Source: Heterodontus francisci
Lineage: Eukaryota
Assembly (NCBI RefSeq): GCF_036365525.1
Contig: NC_090388.1
Location: 66,520,258-66,584,257, forward strand
Length of the DNA stretch: 64,000 bases
Direction of reading: 5' to 3'
Below the pieces are notes generated by a model. That model saw nothing but the letters and a program-made list of their open reading frames with translations. It searched no databases and was not told the DNA's origin. Of the stretch, positions 62,948 through 64,000 are shown piece by piece; position 1 is the first letter of the stretch; each line of letters opens with the position of its first letter. Both the position numbers and the translations under genes were made by a program.

Positions 62948-63110
62948 ACAGCAAAATACTGTGGATGATGGAAATCAGAAATAAAGAGAGCAAATGCTGG
63001 AAACACTCAGCAGCTCCAGCTGGAGACAGAATCAGATTTATGGGTTAATCAGGTCATCTTCGGAACTTGTATCGACCTGAAACGTTAGCGTCTGTGGAGA
63101 GAGGAACAGA
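62948..63110 (-). mobile_element. Scrambled Penelope-type terminal repeat
   Basis: GCAAAATACTGTGGATGATGGAAATCAGAAATAAA...TGCTGGAAACACTCAGCAG resembles the reverse complement of 3885-3950. Confidence 0.7.
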
Positions 63111-64000
63111 TAAGGCTGAAGCATTTGCAACAATCTTCAGCCAGAAGTGCCGAGTAGATGATTCATCTTGCTTAGCAATAACCTGCTCAGTGACGCTCAG
63201 TTTGAGTTCCGCCAGGGCCATTCAGCTCCTGACCTCATTACAACCTTGGTTCAAACATGGACTCAAGAGGTGAGGTGAGATTGACTGCCCTTGACATCAA
63301 GGCAGCATTTGACCGAGTATGGCATCAAGGAGCCCTAGCAAAATGAAGTCAATCAGGGGAAAACTCTTCGCTGGTTGGAGTCATACCTCGCACAAAGGAA
63401 GATGGTTATGATTGTTGGTGGTCAATCATCTGAGGTCCAGGACATCACTGCAGGAGTTCCTCAGGGTAGTGTCCTAGGCCCAACCATCTTCAAATGCTTC
63501 ATCAATGACCTTCCTTTAATCATAAGGCCAGAAGTGAGGATGCCCACTGATGATGACACAATGTTCAGCACCATTCGCAACTCCTCAGATACTGAAGCAG
63601 TCCGTGTAGAAATGCAGCCTGGTCAATATCCAGGCTTGGACTGATTAGTGGCCAGTAACATTCACAGCACACAAGTGCCAGGTAATGACCATCTTCAACA
63701 AGAGAGAATCTAACCATCTCCCCTTGACATTCAATGGCATTACCATTGCTGAATCCCCCATTTTCAACATCCTGGTGGGTTACCATTGACCAGAAACTGA
63801 ACTGGAGTCGCCCTATGAATACCATGGCTACAACAGCAGGTCAGAAGCTAGGAATCCTGCGGTAAGTAATTCACCTCCTGACTCCCCAAAGCCTGTCCAC
63901 CATCTACAAGGCACAAGTCAGGTGTGTGATGGAATAGCTGCAGTTCCAACAACACTCAAGAAGCTCGACACCATCCAGGGCAAAGTAGCTCGCTTGATTG
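63106..64000 (+). mobile_element. Family-B CR1-group LINE RT region, internally deleted, running off the window end
   Basis: ALDIKAAFDRVWH, TAGVPQGSVLGPTIF.CFINDLP, YKAQVR..ME. Confidence 0.85.

Noticed and set aside
1-64000. CRISPR arrays, operons, rRNA or prokaryotic defence systems
   Set aside because: Vertebrate intronic DNA; no repeat-spacer periodicity or such genes seen.

Overview
Eukaryotic, repeat-dense intronic DNA, almost certainly from an elasmobranch (shark/ray): it carries an HE1-type V-SINE, SacSINE1/DeuSINE-like copies and shark-type CR1/L2/RTE/Penelope elements. The only host gene I can support is POT1 (protection of telomeres 1) on the minus strand. Two coding exons are visible (54822-54952, 131 nt; 31507-31797, 291 nt), encoding most of OB1 and the start of OB2 and separated by a 23,024-nt intron. 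I found no neighbouring exons, so they probably lie outside the window. Nearly all ORF-track entries are retroelement fragments or antisense shadows. I did not find a novel protein-coding system. The most interesting signals are RNA-structural or mechanistic: minimal hammerhead ribozymes in Penelope-type terminal repeats, two independent Penelope insertions with 5' inversions, a partial HDV-like ribozyme core at an RTE 5' end, a tRNA-headed SINE that appears built from both ends of one LINE, a ~245-bp-arm inverted duplication with patchy arm identity, and several TSD-bounded nested or chimeric insertions. Repeat boundaries without TSDs are approximate, and all family names come from motif recognition and need a Dfam/Repbase check.
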